Shown here in pieces: positions 40,931 through 54,710 of a stretch of DNA of 64,000 bases. Source of the stretch: Octopus vulgaris (taxonomy: Eukaryota); assembly GCA_951406725.2 (NCBI GenBank), contig OX597827.1, positions 9,424,001 through 9,488,000 of the forward strand, written 5' to 3'. The notes under the pieces are model-generated. The model had not been told where the DNA came from. It searched no databases and saw nothing but the letters and a program-made list of their open reading frames with translations. Position numbers and translations under genes: made by a program. The first letter of the stretch is position 1. Each line of letters starts with the position of its first letter.

Positions 40931-41345
40931 CTCTTTCTCTTTTACTCTTTTACTTGTTTCAGTCATTTGACTGTGGCCATGCTGGAGCACCGCCTTTAAT
41001 CGAGCAACTCGACCCCGTGACTTATTCTTTTGTAAGCCCAGTACTTATTCTATCAGTCTCTTTTGCCGAACCGCTAAATAACGGGGACGTAAACACACCA
41101 GCATCGGTTGTCAAGCAATGCTAGGGGGACAAACACAGACACACAAACACATACACACACATACATATATATATATACATATATACGACAGGCTTCTTTC
41201 AGTTTCCGTCTACCAAATCCACTCACAAGGCATTGGTCGGCCCGAGGCTATAGCAGAAGACACTTGCCCAAGATGCCACGCAGTGGGACTGAACCCGGAA
41301 CCATGTGGTTGGTTAGCAAGCTACTTACCACACAGTCACTCCTGT
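40931..41345 (-). mobile_element. SINE A
   Basis: Consensus match. Confidence 0.9.
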
Positions 41346-42185
41346 TTCTATATAGTCTACAAGTTATTGACATTTTAAAATAATTGCTATAACATATATA
41401 ATTTTATATTACACCAACCAATGTCATTGACTTTAGCAGAAGTCAGATGCACAAAAGACCATTTAGTGAGATCAAACACAAAAAGTAAACTTAGGTAGTC
41501 ATCAGCGATTTGTAGCAATTCAAATAAATTTCCTGGTTTTGTAACAGCAGATGAAACAAAACAAGTTACTGTAATAGCAATTCATTAAAATATGATGACA
41601 AAACACACATTGATGATAAATCACGAAACGAATACTCTCTCTTCTCAACTGTTGCCCTTTGAGTATAAAACCAAATGCATGAATGAGTTGTTGTCTGTGT
41701 TTGGAGCTTACTAAAATAATTCTTTTTGTTAAACATTATCACTTGTTTTCTATAATATTTCCCAAAGTTTTGCATTAACTTTGTGCTTGTAAGAGTTATT
41801 CTATATTTTCTGTATCAGGCCCAGTCATATTTGGTTATTTTCATAGATGGTATACCAAAACACTGTTAATTCAAAATATTCTTGAAGTGTTCTGCTTACT
41901 GATGACTAAACTATTCAAAGACTGGATGACTCTCAGAGCACTGTAAGATCGTGAAAAAAAATTTATAAATTTAATGTTTGGTTTCATTGATGGCTAGAGC
42001 AAAAGAATTAAGGGCAAAAAGTAGGATTAACAGTTAGGCTGAAGCGATACAAAATCTTAAGCATGAACTGAAGAACTTTATCCTTAAATCATTGGGTGAA
42101 AAACCAGCAATGCTGTGCTCATTAGTAACTGCTTCTCATATAAGCACAAGGCCGGCAATTTAGTGCAGGTGATAGTTAATAATGT

Positions 42186-42730
42186 GAAGGCACATGGTTT
42201 AGTAGTTAGGATATTTGGTGAGTTGGAAGAAATGTTAGCACACGAAATGCTTAGCGGTATTTCGTCTGCCACTATGTTGTGAGTTCAAATTCTGCCGAGG
42301 TTGACTTTGCCTTTCATCCTTTCGGGGTCAATTAAATAAGTACCAGTTGCGCACTGGGGTCGATATAATCGACTTAATCCGTTTGTGTGTCCTTGTTTGT
42401 CCTCTGTGTGTTTGGCCCCTTGTGGGTAGTAAAGAAATAGGTATTTGGCTCATGATCATAAGGTAATGAGTTCAATTCCCAGCGATGTGTTGTGTCCTTG
42501 AGCAAGATACTTTATTTCACATTGCTCCAGTCCAATCAGCTGGCAACAATGAGTAATGCATGTATTTCAAGGGCCAGCCTTATCACACACTGTGTGATGT
42601 TGAATTTTCCTGAGAATGTTAATGGTACACATGTCTGTGAAGGGCTCAGTTTACTTACACATTCATTTCATGAGTAGGCTGTTCCGTTGATCAAATCAAC
42701 TGGAACCCTCATCCTGTAACCAACAGAGTG
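42186..42730 (+). mobile_element. SINE with E-type head and D-type-1 tail, with a SINE B insertion (about 42217-42439)
   Basis: Head like 32202, tail like 31790-31965; short TSD tatttgg. Confidence 0.75.
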
Positions 42731-44152
42731 AATATTGTCCCAATATTTAAATGGCACTTTCTTTTATCAATCCCTGTATTTGATTAACATTTTATTTTAT
42801 TGACCTCAGAGGGACGAAAAACAAAGTTAATCTGGGCAGGATTTCAATTCAGTAGGCAAAAAGCCAGAAGGAAGGTGATAAAGGCATTTTCCCAGTGGTT
42901 AAGCAGTTCTACCAATCCCCTGCTCTGGTTTGATCATCTACAATCAAGAAGGTAAAAATCCTTCTTAATTGGAATTTGTAAGATTTAAAAAAGAAAAAAG
43001 AAAAACTGTAGGAATCAACAAAAGCCATCTCACATATGCTAACATCATATCAGAGATGTCATTATCTCAAGGAGCAGATTCTTGCTAAAATTACAGAAAG
43101 GAAAGCTGAGACGAGACTTAAAATTGCCTGATTTACTTTCAATGTTTCAGTGATGGAAAAGGTGTTGTTATGATATATGCTTATACAGCAAAACAGGAAA
43201 AATATCTAGGAATTTTATCAGTCATTAACAAGAGGTCATTCATATAAATTATTTATGAAGTGATAGAACAAGCTAGCGATAGAGCAAAAACTTCTTAAAA
43301 CATGATCGATACAAAGTTGAATCAATTACCAAGAGAGGTTGTCAAATTGAAAGCAACCAACTAATTCATGAATAGGTTAAAAAAAAAAAAAAGAAGAAAA
43401 AAAAAAGAATCCAGGGAATCTAGTGGGAGTCTGCATCAGCAAAAATTGTTTTTATTGGTAAAGTATAAAGATTTTTTAAGTTCGTAGGCCATTGAGAGAA
43501 AAGTTTCCTTACATTTCCAACTGAGTTCTTCTTCGGAGAAAAAGAAAAAGCTGTTCTTTTTGTGTGTCCTTTGTTTAACAAAGTGTGTTAAAATGGACAC
43601 AGACGCACACAGATACACACAAAGACACACACACACACACATGCACGCATGCACACACACACACACACTCACACAAGCTTTTTTTCCTTTCTCCAGCTAA
43701 TGACTCAGTCTGTAGCATCAGGAAATTTTCTTCCAAACAAAATACAAATTTGCTTTTTTTTCTTTAAAACTTTCTACTAATTCATGAACAGACTTGGTGA
43801 ATATTGACAAAAAAAAAAAAAGACAAAAAATACTTGTGGTTCCTTTCTAATGTACAAGAATAGTACATTACAAAAAAATATATATATATATTATCAGGCT
43901 TCACCTATTATTTGGAAAAACCTATAACAGATAAAGACTGACTCTGAAGTTAGTAAAACGAGAGCCCAAATATGTAAGGTTCATTTAGCACAATAAATAA
44001 ATAAATAAATGAATAAATAAATAAATAAATAAAAGTATCAATGAAAAAAGTAGAGGAAGATAAAATAAGGTTCACAGTAAAACCTTGGAACTATTTCCAA
44101 TGAGTCTAGTTTCTCTAGATTTCCTCAGACTGATGAGATGACATATATATAT

Positions 44153-44212
<60 letters not shown>

Positions 44213-44214
<2 letters not shown>

Positions 44215-44357
44215 AAAAAGTGTACATTTAAACACAAGAGAAAACTACCTTTTAACAGGTAATTTTACAAGCTAGAAATAGCAGCCAACTATTTCTAGCA
44301 TGTAGAAATTACCTGTTAAAAGGTAGTTTTCTCTTGTGTTTAAATGTACACCTTTAA
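44213..44357. repeat. Near-perfect hairpin, arms about 67 bp, 9-nt loop
   Basis: ...aacaggtaattttacaagctagaaata-gcagccaac-tatttctagcatgtagaaattacctgtt... Confidence 0.9.
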
Positions 44358-44450
44358 AAATATGAATATGTTGTCTATTGACTATTTATGCATGTTAGAC
44401 CACTGGTAGTGATATTTATAACGAATATTCGCTACCCTGTATATGTATCT

Positions 44451-44493
<43 letters not shown>

Positions 44494-44501
44494 CTAAAAA
44501 T

Positions 44502-44642
44502 AACTAAAAATAAGGGTGTCTGAGAGACACCACCATGCCGAAATAGCAGTCAAATAATGAACATTTAACGTGGTTTTTAGAGTCAGGGATTTGCCTGCTA
44601 TTTCAGCATGGTGGTGTCTTTCAGACACCATTATTTTTAGTT
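44502..44642. repeat. Inverted repeat, arms about 54 bp, degenerate HHR-like content
   Basis: ggtgtctgagagacaccaccatgccgaaatagcag versus ctgctatttcagcatggtggtgtctttcagacacc. Confidence 0.85.
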
Positions 44643-44760
44643 GTAAAAAATTATTACCTTTGTATGGTATTTTTCCCATGCTGGCCACTTGATAATATCG
44701 ATACTTAAATATCGATATTATCCTTATTTATAAAATATATATATATATATATATACACAC

Positions 44761-44859
<99 letters not shown>

Positions 44860-44887
44860 TGTGTGTATGTATATATATATGTATATA

Positions 44888-44918
<31 letters not shown>

Positions 44919-45029
44919 TTCATCATCATCATCATCATCATTTAACGTCTGCTTTCAGTGCTGGTGTGGGTTGGACAGTTTGACTGAAAGCTGGTAAACC
45001 GGGCAGCTGCATCAGGTTCCGATCTGATT

Positions 45030-45495
45030 TGAACATTAAAGATAGCAATGACAAAACAACAAGAGGACATGCACTGGGAATGTATTAGTTTGATGCTCAG
45101 CAAAGGTGGAAAAAGAGAGTTTTTGAAATTTCGTGCATAGCTCCTCATCAGAAAAAACCCAAAAAAACCCCAGAAAAGTCCAGAGAAAGAAAAATATCCC
45201 CAACAGCACATGTGTGGGTGACTCAGAAACTCAGACTGTTCGGGCTTAGCCTGAGTATAAATATAGTAAAGTGAATGAGTATTTGGAAGCTGATTTAATT
45301 TCTGCTAACACTGACTTCAAGTATGCAATTGTAGCTAATAACTTGGGCTCCTTTTATTGAGCCTGGTTGCAGTTCATTTATTTTCATTCAGAGTCTGATG
45401 GTCATCTTAGAGGTGCCCTGTATCAAAAAATGTCATTCATGGCAGATGTTCTCTTGACATCGTTCACACACACCTGATTCGGTGCTCAAAAGTTA
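45030..45495 (-). mobile_element. Decayed Penelope-like 3' end (GIY-YIG-like relic plus degenerate HHR at 45120-45156)
   Basis: FEHRIRCV*...FFDTGH, then TTTTT-CTGATGA-G-GAGC-TAT-GCAC-GAAATTTC-AAAAA. Confidence 0.45.
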
Positions 45496-45520
45496 CAGCC
45501 CGACTTGTTCCCTATAATCG

Positions 45521-45902
45521 TAGGAGTGGCTGTGTGGTAAGTAGCTTGCTAACCAACCACATGGTTCCGGGTTCAGTCCCACTGCGTGGCATCTTGGGCA
45601 AGTGTCTTCTGCTATAGCCCCGGGCCGACCAAAGCCTTGTGAGTGGATTTGGTAGACGGAAACTGAAAGAAGCCTGTCGTATATATGTATATATATATAT
45701 ATATGTGTGTGTGTGTTTGTCCCTCTAGCATTGCTTGACAACCGATGCTGGTGTGTTTACGTCCCCGTAACTTAGCGGTTCGGCAAAAGGGACCGATAGA
45801 ATAAGTACTGGGTTTACAAAGAATAAGTCCCGGGGTCGATTTGCTCGACTAAAGGCAGTGCTCCAGCATGGCCACAGTCAAATGACTGAAACAAGTAAAA
45901 GA

Positions 45903-45905
<3 letters not shown>
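45521..45905 (+). mobile_element. SINE A
   Basis: Consensus match. Confidence 0.92.
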
Positions 45906-45962
<57 letters not shown>

Positions 45963-46065
45963 GTCATCTCATCAGTCTGAGGAAATCTAGAGAAACTAGA
46001 CTCATTGAAAATAGTTCCAAGGTTATACTTATATAATATATGTATATATGTGTATATATATTATA

Positions 46066-46127
<62 letters not shown>

Positions 46128-46315
46128 GGTCCCGGGTTGATTTGGGGTTAACCACAGTAAATAATGTACTCAATACATATCTAATTTACCACTGACTCCT
46201 TGACCACTCCCCCAAGTATGATATTTTTGCACTATGCCTACCCCCAAAAAGTCCCCCACCACCACCCCTTTAAACCTGCCTAAATGTATAAATGCCAATA
46301 CAATTCTTGTTAACT

Positions 46316-46366
46316 AGCTTCCTGAAGATTTCTCTTGAATGAAACAGTTCTAGTCCTGTAGAAGCT
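46316..46366 (+). ncRNA. Complete monomeric type-I hammerhead ribozyme in a module of about 255 bp (46124-46380) within (TA)n
   Basis: AGCTTC-CTGAAGA-T-TTC-TCTT-GAA-T-GAA-ACAG-TTCTAGTC-CTGT-A-GAAGCT. Confidence 0.75.
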
Positions 46367-46375
46367 CCTTCTATT

Positions 46376-46517
<142 letters not shown>

Positions 46518-46526
46518 GTGTGTGTG

Positions 46527-46827
46527 TGGAGGCACAATGGCCCAGTGGTTAGGGCAGCGGACTCGCGGTTGTAGTAGAATCGCGGTTTCAATTCCCAGAC
46601 CGGGCATTGTGAGTGTTTATTGAGTGAAAACACCTAATGCTCCATGAGGCTTCAGCAGGGGGTGGTGGCGATCCCTGTTGTACTCTTTCGCCATAACTTT
46701 CTCTCACTCTTTCTTCTGTTGGCCTGCTTGCTTAGCCAGTGGGGTGGCGTCATTTGGAGGCTAAAACAATGCGAAGCGCATTGTGACCAGCGATGTGTAG
46801 CAACATCTGATAGTCTGGCTGGTCATG

Positions 46828-46830
<3 letters not shown>
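46527..46830 (+). mobile_element. SINE D, tail type 3 (RTE-like)
   Basis: Same head as 31591; tail similar to the RTE 3' end at 59000-59068. Confidence 0.85.
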
Positions 46831-46872
<42 letters not shown>

Positions 46873-47009
46873 TATCAAAGTAAATATTTGATGGTTGGAC
46901 TCTTGGATTTAGTCACCCTAGAGGCATAAGAAGGACTTCAATTAGAAATGAGAGAAGTTTAACTCACGTACTTAATAGGTAGAAACATGGTAATGTTTAA
47001 CATCCCCAT

Positions 47010-47295
47010 TAATGCCAGCCTCGCCTGGCCCCCGTGCCGGTGGCACGTAAAAAGCACCATCCGTCCGTGGCCGTTTGCCAGCTCCGTCTGGCACCTGTGT
47101 GGGTGACACGTGAAAAGCACCCACTACACTCACGGAGTGGTTGGCGTTAGGAGGGGCATCCAGGCGTAGAAACATTGCCAGATCAGACTGGGCCTAGTGC
47201 AGCCTTCTGGCTTCCCAGACCCCAGTTGAACCGTCCAACCCATGCCAGCAGGGAAAACGGACGCTAAACGATGATGATGATGATGATGATGATGT
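47010..47295 (+). mobile_element. Family C
   Basis: Consensus match. Confidence 0.87.
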
Positions 47296-48501
47296 ATGAC
47301 CTTAATGAAAGTCTCTGGAAATTGAAAAATAAAAAAATTTATGTCAGTAAATTTAGTTTCCATTCCACCCCTCCCTCAGTAAACATTTTACTTTACTTAA
47401 TATCTTTGATATTCTTGAGATAAGGGGGTAAGTTTTTCAGTTACATTCCCTCTCCACTTCCATATATGTTTGAGGAAATTTGCTCGTTTAATAAATTAAA
47501 ATATTGAAATAGTTAGCTAACACAAAATATTTAAAGTACAGAATAAAGCAAAAACAAAACGAAGATAATTATTCTGTGTAAGATGTCGAAACAAAAGAAA
47601 ATAGCACAAGAGCACAGCAATGGCGATATAATGAAAGTATGACTAGCGATTTTTAGCTGATAGAATGGTAAGATAACACTGATGTAGTGGTTGTGGGAAG
47701 CCATTATCGATAACAGAAAAGTCAGAAAAAGATATAGTGATGTTGTAACAAATAAATAAATAAATAAATAAATAAACAAAAACAAAAACTGGAAGTTTCG
47801 AATAACAATGGAACATGAAGACTTGGGAGGTCTCTGGTGATAGAGAAAGGAGGAGCAGGTGTTTGGAAACAATAAAGTAATTAGAAACCCCGTATATCGA
47901 TTGAGGTTTAAGGTATGTCTACACAGTTGGCAAAAATATAATTCAAAGGGAATAATGGAAGCAATCGAAATGACAAAAAACACAAGCATATAAAGAACAA
48001 ATAAAACATAAATAGCAGTCGTACAGTAACAACTATTTACTATATTGATGCAAAGAGGTTAAAAACAAAAGGAGGAGGGAAAAGAAAGGAAAGAATCTAA
48101 ACTAATACATCAAAATTAGCAACTCAATTACTGTTCGCCTATGAAATACATTTTATTCGTCTTTGATATCAGCCATCTATTCAATTCATTTGTTTACGGA
48201 CTGCGAAATGCTGAAAAAAAAAATTATCAACACATAAGAATGTTTACAGACAATTATGATCTCAGAAACTCTATTTACCATTATTGCTTCTCTTCTTTAT
48301 TCTTTCTTTTTTTTCATAACTTGCTTTGGCAGTGCAGTTACTAAAAATTATAGTTTTTTGTTTTTGTCATTCCAGTAGTCATGTATGTATGTCGGTGAAA
48401 GATTTTAGGTGCCAATTTATTCGGCCTCTTTAAGGGTGTTCGATATTCCAAAACAAAGTTTCTTGAATTTTGGTAATCTTTAAGTTTTCCAACAAAACCT
48501 T

Positions 48502-49627
48502 TAACCATTTAGTGTTTAAACTGGCTGTATCTGGCCCAAATATTCCAACCATTTTATGCTCAAACTGGCCAGAAACAGCATCTCACACCTACCCTGCAAT
48601 GTCATTCTAAAAATAAACATTTGCATCTTTCAAATCTTGAAGTTACAAGATAATAAAGGATTTATTTTTAAAAATGTGAATGAATAAGGATTACTGTTGA
48701 CATATTAATCTGAACACTAAAGGGTTAAACAAGCACAAGGAGATATTTTTATGTAACCAAAGGATTGAAAAATTGTTTCTTGAAACCAAATTAACAATTC
48801 CTGGAAGACATAATTCTTAGAATTTATGATATTAATTCATGAACTTTTAAGTAAGAATTTGTGACTAAATTTATTTCTTTAATCTAGAAACAAATTGTAG
48901 ATGTAACCAAATAAAAATTATATTTATCCCTTTAGCATTGAATCCAGCCATATCCAGCACAAATATTCTACCTGTTTTATGTTAAGACTGACCAGATCCA
49001 ACCTGTCACACCTACCCTACAATGTTATTCTCAAAATATACAAACACACCATTAAAATCTTGAAGCTACAAAATGACGTGATTAATTCAAAACAACGTGA
49101 ATAAACAAGCATTACATTTGACAAAAAATCTGAATGCTAAAGCGTTATACTAAGCAAAGTCTGCAAAAAGAAGAATTTTACTGAATTCTAAATTTTACAA
49201 GTTGCGTTCTAGTATCACACACATCCATGGAATCAAACAGTTGCCAACAATCGAATTGTATTTAACTCACATATTCAATTTAATATTTGGAGCACAAATG
49301 TAGTAAACACATCTATTTTTATCACAAATAGCCTTTAACATAAATATACCACAAAGCACATGAATTTGAAATAATGATTTCATAGCATCGACAATCACTT
49401 TAACCCTTTAGTGTTTAAACCGGCTGTATCCTGCCCGAATATTCTACACATTTTATGCTCAAACTGGCCAGAACCAGCATCTCACACCTACCCTGCAATG
49501 TCATTCTAAAAATAAGCAATTACATATTTCCTTTCTTGAAGCTACAAAATAATATCAGATAAATTTTTTTAAATGTGAATAAATAAGGATTACTTTTGAC
49601 AAATTAATCTGAATGCTAAAGGGTTAA
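48502..49627. mobile_element. Three same-orientation TTAA-flanked MITEs (48502-48728, about 48925-49147, 49399-49627)
   Basis: ttaacc(c/a)tttagtgtttaaac ... aatctgaatgctaaagggttaa. Confidence 0.8.
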
Positions 49628-50769
49628 AGATTGAACTTCTCCAGAACATTTCGGATCCTTGTTTAGTAACAAGGGCTGTTTCTGCTTACATGTTTGTTGA
49701 GCTTGACTTTTCCAGTATGTCAATTTAGAAATCATTAATAGAACCTTAATTTGCAAAGCCAAAAGAAAACTTAAGTTAATAAAAGGAAAACAGCATGTTA
49801 TATCGAGATTCATTTTACATTTAAGATTTCCTTTGCAATAATTATTCAAGCTACCATTCTAACTTGGAATCCCATTTTATCTCGGTCCTCTCCCATCTAT
49901 TTATTTCAAAATCTTGGGTGAAAAAATCCCACACATACAAACACACTCATCTTATCTCTCAATCACCCTTCCTTCCAACTAACTTTTTCCTTTGTCCTAT
50001 TTTTATTACATACATATTGTCCTTAATCTGCTTCATTAATTTAGTATCTCCACTCCTACAATTGCAGAGGTACTAAAATGCTTCAAACCTCGGTACAAGC
50101 CATCGATTTCCCTCTTTACTTTGTTGTCCTGACCATTGGCTGCCAATTAATTCCTTTTCCACACTGGTTACAGCCACACTTGAATATTCTTTTCCCTTAT
50201 AACATTTATAATTACTTCTATTATAATTCTCATCATATCTAAGATGCTTTATAAAAATATACTAGAGTTAAAAGCACACCTCCCTATTTTTCAGTTTTAG
50301 TTTGAGTTGCCAGGTCTGTTTGGTAAAGAATGTACTTAGCTGCAAACTAAGAGTTTATAGTTTATAGGAAGAAAGGTGTTTTAGTTAGTGATTAGTTGTA
50401 TATATTATGTACTACTGACAGGTGATCTATTTCTTATGAAAGAGGTTTTGACCATATATTGATATAATAAAAGGCTAAATTTGATTACTTCTAATGGCTT
50501 TAGTATCAGAAGGGGAAAAAAACTCATAGACAGGCTAAATATAGTGGTGAGGGGAAAATATCTGAGTTTAACAGAATGCTAAATTGTAGTTATGACACAT
50601 TATTCTCAGAGTGAGCATATTTGGTACACTGTGATTCAAGAATGAATATTTCTTTAGTGTTCCTTGTGTTTTGTATAAAATACCACACATTCTCCCAAGT
50701 GACTTGCTCAGAGCTATTTTGGATATTTTAACTCTCTTCAGAGAAATGCATTGTTTTACTCATGATAGC

Positions 50770-51072
50770 ATCAGGACGTTGTCTCAGTAACACTATAAGC
50801 CCTCGGAAAAATTTTTTTACTGGGTCCCATGGTATTTATTGAACTGGGAGATAATGCTTAAGATTGAGAACACTCGAGATCCATCATCAAAGAAAAGAGT
50901 AACAACTTTTATGACCAATAGGACTGCTGAGCAAGAAAAAAAAGGCAGGCATAGAAAAGATAGACCAAGAAGGGATCTTCAGTCCAGGAGAACCTGTCCC
51001 ACTTGTGGAAAGAGCTTCCAAGCAAGAATTGGACTCATCAGTCACCTCAAGACCTATCAATGATAATAATAA
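50770..51072 (+). mobile_element. RTE-clade LINE 3' end with terminal C2H2-like motif
   Basis: TCPTCGKSFQARIGLISHLKTYQ* followed by (TAA)n. Confidence 0.8.
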
Positions 51073-51131
51073 TCCTTTTTATTAAAGGCACAAGGCCTGA
51101 AATTGTGGGGGAGGGGACTAGTCAATTACAT

Positions 51132-52015
51132 TATCAAACATGTGACCACTCCACTGTACCATACTAAGTCTAATGGACAAGCAGAGTTTTGTTGACACTT
51201 TTAAGAAGGCCTTAAAAAAGGCAAACAATGAAGTAATTTCAACAATTTCTAATAGTGTACCAGTAACACCTAATCTGAATACCCCATCTGGAATGTCACC
51301 TGCAGAATTGATGCTTCTAGAAAGATCAGATCTGTTTTTGATAAGTGAAACTAGGAAAAAAATTGAACAACAAATATACTTAAAAATTCTTGAAGTTAGG
51401 TGACAAAGTTTTTTTTAAAAACCTATAGATATGGTAAAGAAAGTTAGGAGGATGGTGAAATTATTAAACAGATTGGAAGAATATTATTCCTGGTAAAAGG
51501 AAAAATGTTGAACATAAAAGACATATAAACCAACTTAAAAAGAGATTCACAGATGAAACAGTCTTGAGAGATGAAATTTCCATGGAAGCATTGTATGACA
51601 CATTTGAGGTACCAACACCCAAACAAATTGAAACTACACGTTCAAGCACCAGAAAAAGGAAGAGGATGGAAACACTGGAATTAAATCCTAAGCATAAGAT
51701 ATATATTAAAACCCTGGACAGAGTTTAATTCCCCAAACAGGGAGAAGTTATGGAAGGCTAACTCTCAAAAGAGATGTTGTGGAAGAATTCTGACCACCCC
51801 TCTGTAACTAATTTCAATAAAATAAAGAACTGTTGAGTTGACAGCAGCAGTTGATTGTGAACAATTGATTGTGAGCAATTGATTGTGAATAATTGATTGT
51901 GAGCAGTTAACTGTGAGCTGTTGATGGAGAGCATCGAGTCTCATGTAACAGTAATTGTGTTGCGTTGTGTGAATAGTTTCTTCCCCCCACTCTTTGCTAA
52001 ATTATTTATTCAACA
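51132..52015 (+). mobile_element. Ty3/gypsy relic: integrase C-terminal half plus 3' LTR (51775-52015)
   Basis: IKHVTTPLYHTKSNGQAE/FVDTFKKAL, TPN..TPSGMSPAELM, EVGDKVFFK (across a frameshift), HINQLKKR; purine run then TGTTG...CAACA. Confidence 0.85.
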
Positions 52016-52065
52016 CCAGGATATAAAACTTATTTATCTGTCTATCTATCTTTCAACATACATAA

Positions 52066-52118
<53 letters not shown>

Positions 52119-52135
52119 CATACATATATACATAC

Positions 52136-52178
<43 letters not shown>

Positions 52179-52235
52179 CATACATACATATACATATACA
52201 TATATATATATATATATACATACATACATACATAT

Positions 52236-52274
<39 letters not shown>

Positions 52275-52288
52275 CATATACATATACA

Positions 52289-52336
<48 letters not shown>

Positions 52337-52363
52337 CATACATACATACTCATATATATGTAT

Positions 52364-52610
52364 ATCATCATTATCATCATCATCATCATCAATATTTAAC
52401 ATCTCTTTATCCATGCTGGCAATGTTTGATTGGTTCAAGATGAACAGAGAAGCCAGAGGGCTGTGCCAAGTTCTAATGTCTGCTTTGGCATGGTTTCTAT
52501 AGCTGAATGCCCTTCCTAATGCCAAAGACTTCACTCTGTACTGAGTCCTTTTTTTACATGGCACCAGCACTGCTGAGGTTACCAAGTACCTACAAGACAA
52601 GACCCCCATC
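52364..52610 (-). mobile_element. Family C, old
   Basis: (cat)n, tttaacatc, gcccttcctaatgcc. Confidence 0.65.
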
Positions 52611-53542
52611 ATTGCTCACTGTTTTCGTGTATGTTGTGTTGGTTAAGTTGCTTCCTTATATTTCTTTTACTTGGTACTGAGATGTCATTACCCTAATTCT
52701 CAACGTATTTATCAAGAAACAATTGTTTCTTTTGTCATAAATGTCTTGCTTTACTTTCCTCTTTTGTAATATCTTTAATCCACATCTCTTTCATTTTCTC
52801 AGCTATTTCCGGCAGCTATATTTGATACTGCCTCGATAATTTCATTGTCTACCGTTTCGTATTTTGTCTTGAATCAAGACTCTTTACTTAGATTGATAGA
52901 GATGTCTGCCCTCAGTTTTGACATAGTCAGCAACCATCTTAGTTTTGTTTCTTCCTCTGATTCTCCTATAATTTCTTTAATTAAGAATTTACAGGAAAGT
53001 ATGGGCATGTCTGACTCAATCCAATTTGTGTGTATTTCAGCATAACTTTTACATTTGTATGCCTTCCAAAAATTTTGTTTATGTATATTAAGATGGTTTT
53101 AAAGGCAGGATCTGTGCCAGTAATATTGGTATGCCCAGCAAACCGTGACATTTAAGCTGCATGCAGACTGGTCAAAACTGTATTCCAAAAATTCAGTTTG
53201 TTGGTGCCTTCTAAGAGGTACAAAAAGGAAGAAGTCAGTCAATTTACTACAGTTGTCAAGAACTCAACAGTCAGTTAAATACATTTTGAAATCTGAGGAT
53301 TACTATGAACGTATGAAAGTACTAAATTGAACTTTATGAACATTACAAAATATTTTTTTGATGTTAAAATACCATAATGAAAAACGTGAGACCCAGGTCA
53401 TGTTTTAACTTTAATCAACATATATAAATGACTGATATACACATACATACAAATTCAGAATATATATATAACTACCTACATAACTACATACATACATGCA
53501 TACATACATACATACATACATATATAGACGCCATGATAGATT

Positions 53543-53728
53543 GCTAGCTACTACACACATTATTTTTCTCTCCTTGTTTCTCTCCTTGTTTTTTTCTGTG
53601 TATCTTTCTGTAGAAGAGCGTAGGCTCGAAATGTAAAAGACTTTTTCTATTCCTGAGCGCTATACTAATACATCTGTTTGTTTGTACACCACCTGTCTTC
53701 ATCTTTTGTTTATTTTCGTAAACTTTCC

Positions 53729-53731
<3 letters not shown>
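53543..53731 (+). mobile_element. Penelope-LTR-like module P2 with HHR-like motif at 53603-53640
   Basis: TCTTT-CTGTAGA-A-GAGC-GTAG-GCTC-GAAATGTA-AAAGA. Confidence 0.7.
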
Positions 53732-53783
<52 letters not shown>

Positions 53784-54191
53784 TACATACACACATGTGT
53801 GTATATCAATTAATTTGGTCATGAGTAATACACTCTTTTCTATAACTGCCATACATCATTGTTTTGAACTTGCTCTCACAAACACAATCAAATTGAGGGC
53901 GTAATTAGTTTCTCTTGTCTTCCTGAAAATTATATCTTTTAGATATAAAATGTCTAAACAACGTACACAGTAAATCAATGTTTCCAGACTCCAGAATTAT
54001 ATATCACAGATTCACTCATTTTACTGTACTTGGTTTAATGTATTTAGCTTTGTTTTTTAGTAGGGGAAGTATGTTTGAACAAATGTATGATAATAACTTA
54101 CAAAATACCTTTCTAGAAATAGATTGGTTGATAATGATCAATACCTTTACTTTGCATCATCTTCATTTTGCTGTTGATTTTTTTAAATAAA

Positions 54192-54482
54192 TGTGAGTGG
54201 ATTTGGTAGACGGAAACTGAAAGAAGCCTGTCGTATATATTTATATATATATATATGTATGTGCGTGTATGTTTGTGTGTTTGTGTTTGTCCCCCTAGCA
54301 TTGCTTGACAACCGATGCTGGTGCGTTTACGTCCCCCGTGACTTAGCGGTTCGGCAAAAAAGACCGATAGAATAAGTACTGGGCTTACAAAAAGAATAAG
54401 TCCTGGGGTCGAGTTGCTCGACTAAAAGGCGGTGCTCCAGCATGGCCGCAGTCAAATGACTGAAACAAGTAAAAGAGAGTAA
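54192..54482 (+). mobile_element. SINE A, 5'-truncated
   Basis: Consensus match. Confidence 0.9.
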
Positions 54483-54710
54483 AGGAATAAGTAACGAAAG
54501 AAAACAAAATATAGAAAAAGAGACCAAAACAGTTTTACCTTCCCAGGGCCCAACTAGCGATAAAGATGGGTCTGAAAGGAACAGAAATAAGTGTTAATAT
54601 AGTTTCAAACCTTAAGGTGGTGAGCTGACAGAAAAATTGCTCAGATGCATTTCTTCTGACCTTATGTTTTGAGTTCAAATGCTGCTGGAGTCAACTTTGC
54701 CTTTCATACC

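Noticed and set aside
52700-53070. Minus-strand decayed reading frame (EIHTNWIESDMPIL...EKMKEMWIKD)
   Set aside because: Stops and a frameshift; probably a transposon relic but not assignable
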